Source of the DNA: Oopsacas minuta
Taxonomy: Eukaryota; Animalia; Porifera
NCBI GenBank assembly: GCA_024704765.1
Contig: JAKMXF010000166.1
Location: 522,743-586,742, forward strand
Direction: 5' to 3'
DNA length: 64,000 nt
This document shows positions 61,830 through 64,000 of the stretch, one piece after another. The translations under genes were made by a program, and so were the position numbers. Positions within the stretch are counted from its first letter, which is position 1; each line of letters opens with the position of its first letter. A model generated the notes under the pieces. It searched no databases and was not told the DNA's origin. It saw only the letters and a list, made by a program, of their open reading frames with translations.

Positions 61830-62877
61830 TGCATGTGCTCATATACTTAGACTTCATCGTACAATTATTTATGAAGTGATCGTAATTACGTAATAATCCA
61901 CATATTTATGATATGGAATATTAGTTACAATACAGATTTGCAATCATTGTGGTATTGATCCACAAATATAGCGGTGCAGTGGCCCAGAAAACTGTGTCAA
62001 AAAAGGAATTAAAGAGTCAATAGGTACAAGATGTCGAATCCCCTCAATTCTAAGTATCAGTGGTCACCGGGGTAAAAGGTTGGTACTACTGCTATATAGT
62101 ATTGTTTCAATACATTTCACTAATCCGAACGACTGTCGTTCACATGACGTTACGACATGAACTGTGTTGAGGGTACCTGTGATTACATTTTCAGACTTCT
62201 ATCATGTATATTGCCTGAGCAGTGGGAACTAATGTTATTTTCGAAAAAAACAATTACGTCATATAATTTCGTCATAGGCGTGAATATCGTCAAACACACT
62301 GGAACTTGTCCATGCCAGGCCAAGAATACCCTCGTATGGCCAAAAACTCTGTCAGGAGTCAATTAATACATTTTACGTTGCAAAACTTATACCATGGGAT
62401 CTAAGGCTTTTTTCATTCAAAATATCAAAAACAATTTTTATAAATGTTTGACGTTACAGAGTTTAGTTGCAACTATGGATATCACATTTTAGCTGATATT
62501 CACCAATAACTTGACAATCATTAATGTTAAGGTTAAATCGTCATGAATACGTGTAGATTATACCCGATTTCTCATACCCTGATAATTCTTTTCGATACGT
62601 ATCTTCAAAGATTATTGCGTAGTCATGGATAATACCATATATGGGCATTATCATGAATTCGTCATAATCGTCAGATTCATTAACTCTAATTCCTGTAAGT
62701 ATTATATTGTATATAAATATTTTATGAGAAATTGAACGTAATTAGTCGTATCACAATTTACATTATCGTATATATAATTTTTTGGTGATGCTATTGCCAC
62801 CACCCGATCGGTGTGAATAGACGCTTCTATTCACGCCAATTCTTATCGCCCGTATTTGTTAGAATAGCTCTTCTACT

Positions 62878-63774
62878 ATGGAATCTGAATCTCAGGTTTC
62901 TAGTAGTGTTTTTACAATTGACGAGACTCTCCCACACAACATTCCTCAATCTCCTACTTCATGTTCTGATTCCCAAAATATTCGACGGATTCTGTTATTG
63001 CATTTGAATCTAATACACGATCAGCAAGAGAAATTATTGAATCAAGAAAGAGAATTATCTACATTGCAGCAAGAAAAATCTCTTTTACAGTGCAAGTTAC
63101 AAAGAATTCAAAGGAGGCTTTCTAAATTTACTTCTGATTCTCAGAAAGATAATTTATCAACATTTCATCCTGTTCCCGCTTCTACTACTTTAAAATCTGT
63201 AACTTCCCTGCCGGTGACTAACCACTCCCTAGAACTAAAACGTATTAGCCGTAAAAAGCTGAATTCTTCTGGTACAGCCGCTGATTTGGAATTACGCACC
63301 TTAATACCTTACTTATCCTATTCTATTACAAATTGCTCAATAGGTGGTAAAGCTTCCAATTCAATTCCACATTCTTCTTTACCTGAACCTCAACTCGAAT
63401 TGCCATCCTTTATTGCCTACAATATTCCTCAATTTGATGGAAGTGAAAATTTTTCTAACGAAAACTTGAGTGACGCAACATTTTTGAAGCGCCATAAAAA
63501 ACTAGAGGAAATTGAAAAACGAAGGAAGAGGTGGGACTTACAGAGATTTCGCCAACTTCATAAAATCGTAGATTTGCAAAAGAAGGAAACAAACCTAAAA
63601 CATTTAGATAGGAAAAATCGTCGCCTCTACTTGAATTCTGAGAGCCCAACACTATTCAATTATAATACATTTCAGCTGGAGAAAATCGAAGTGGCTGACA
63701 CAGTTCCTATATTTGCTTTTGGGAGACCACTGCCAGCTATTCTTCCTAAACCATTTGAATTTAATATACTTTGA
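62878..63774 (+). CDS. MSL1: Male-specific lethal 1 homolog (coiled coil plus PEHE domain), 298 aa
   Basis: ILLLHLNLI..Q..L...E.E..L..E..L..K..RIQRR coiled coil. PEHE: ELPSF..ENLSD..F.KRH.KLE..EKRRKRWD.QR, and V..TVPIFAFGRPLP. Single exon. Confidence 0.85.
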   Translation: MESESQVSSSVFTIDETLPHNIPQSPTSCSDSQNIRRILLLHLNLIHDQQEKLLNQERELSTLQQEKSLLQCKLQRIQRRLSKFTSDSQKDNLSTFHPVPASTTLKSVTSLPVTNHSLELKRISRKKLNSSGTAADLELRTLIPYLSYSITNCSIGGKASNSIPHSSLPEPQLELPSFIAYNIPQFDGSENFSNENLSDATFLKRHKKLEEIEKRRKRWDLQRFRQLHKIVDLQKKETNLKHLDRKNRRLYLNSESPTLFNYNTFQLEKIEVADTVPIFAFGRPLPAILPKPFEFNIL

Positions 63775-64000
63775 ATTTATCTATCATTATTTACACACGT
63801 ATTAATTTGTTGAATTTATTTAATCTATTTGTCTCTTAACTGAGACAAATAAATCTTTTTAGAATGCTACAAGTTCCAAAAATTGGAATTACAGGGGAAG
63901 TAGCATGCGAATGAACCTAGCTAATTGTATTCACTTGTCGTTAAACAGGAATATAATTATTCGATTGGAAGAATCTGAATAACTCCTTAGTATTGTTTAC

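Overview
This is AT-rich eukaryotic (metazoan) genomic DNA. I found no prokaryotic genes, CRISPR arrays, rRNA or tRNA. There are 18 recognisable host genes: a 5'-truncated Dpy-30/DYDC-like gene, NOPCHAP1, WDR43, STX18, RSPH10B-like, BUB3, a FEM1-like ankyrin protein, CCT5, PRORP-like, a divergent actin, CYBC1, CEP72, FIGNL1, LSM4, RPL19, TMEM179-like, a PANTS/twin-CX9C protein and MSL1. Of the 17 complete genes, 14 are single-exon. The gene content, compactness and intron poverty resemble an early-branching animal such as a glass sponge; this is inference, not a tested identification. Intergenic DNA is full of DNA transposons: a MULE-SWIM relic, two hAT elements (one complete with TIRs and TSD), an intron-containing Ginger1 integrase-OTU element, a non-autonomous Helitron family, and many pogo/Tigger-type and other MITEs. 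The strongest unexplained signal is that all 17 complete host genes have a 3'-splice-acceptor-like YAG, usually after a T-rich tract, 0-19 nt before the ATG. Two co-oriented gene pairs are also separated by exactly 167 nt. Together these suggest genome-wide spliced-leader trans-splicing with operon-like transcription. Other leads are a PRORP lacking two catalytic aspartates, an actin with altered phosphate-binding loops, a near-perfect 92-bp-arm hairpin, and CYBC1 bracketed by co-oriented Helitrons. All family assignments come from motif recognition from memory; no database search was run.
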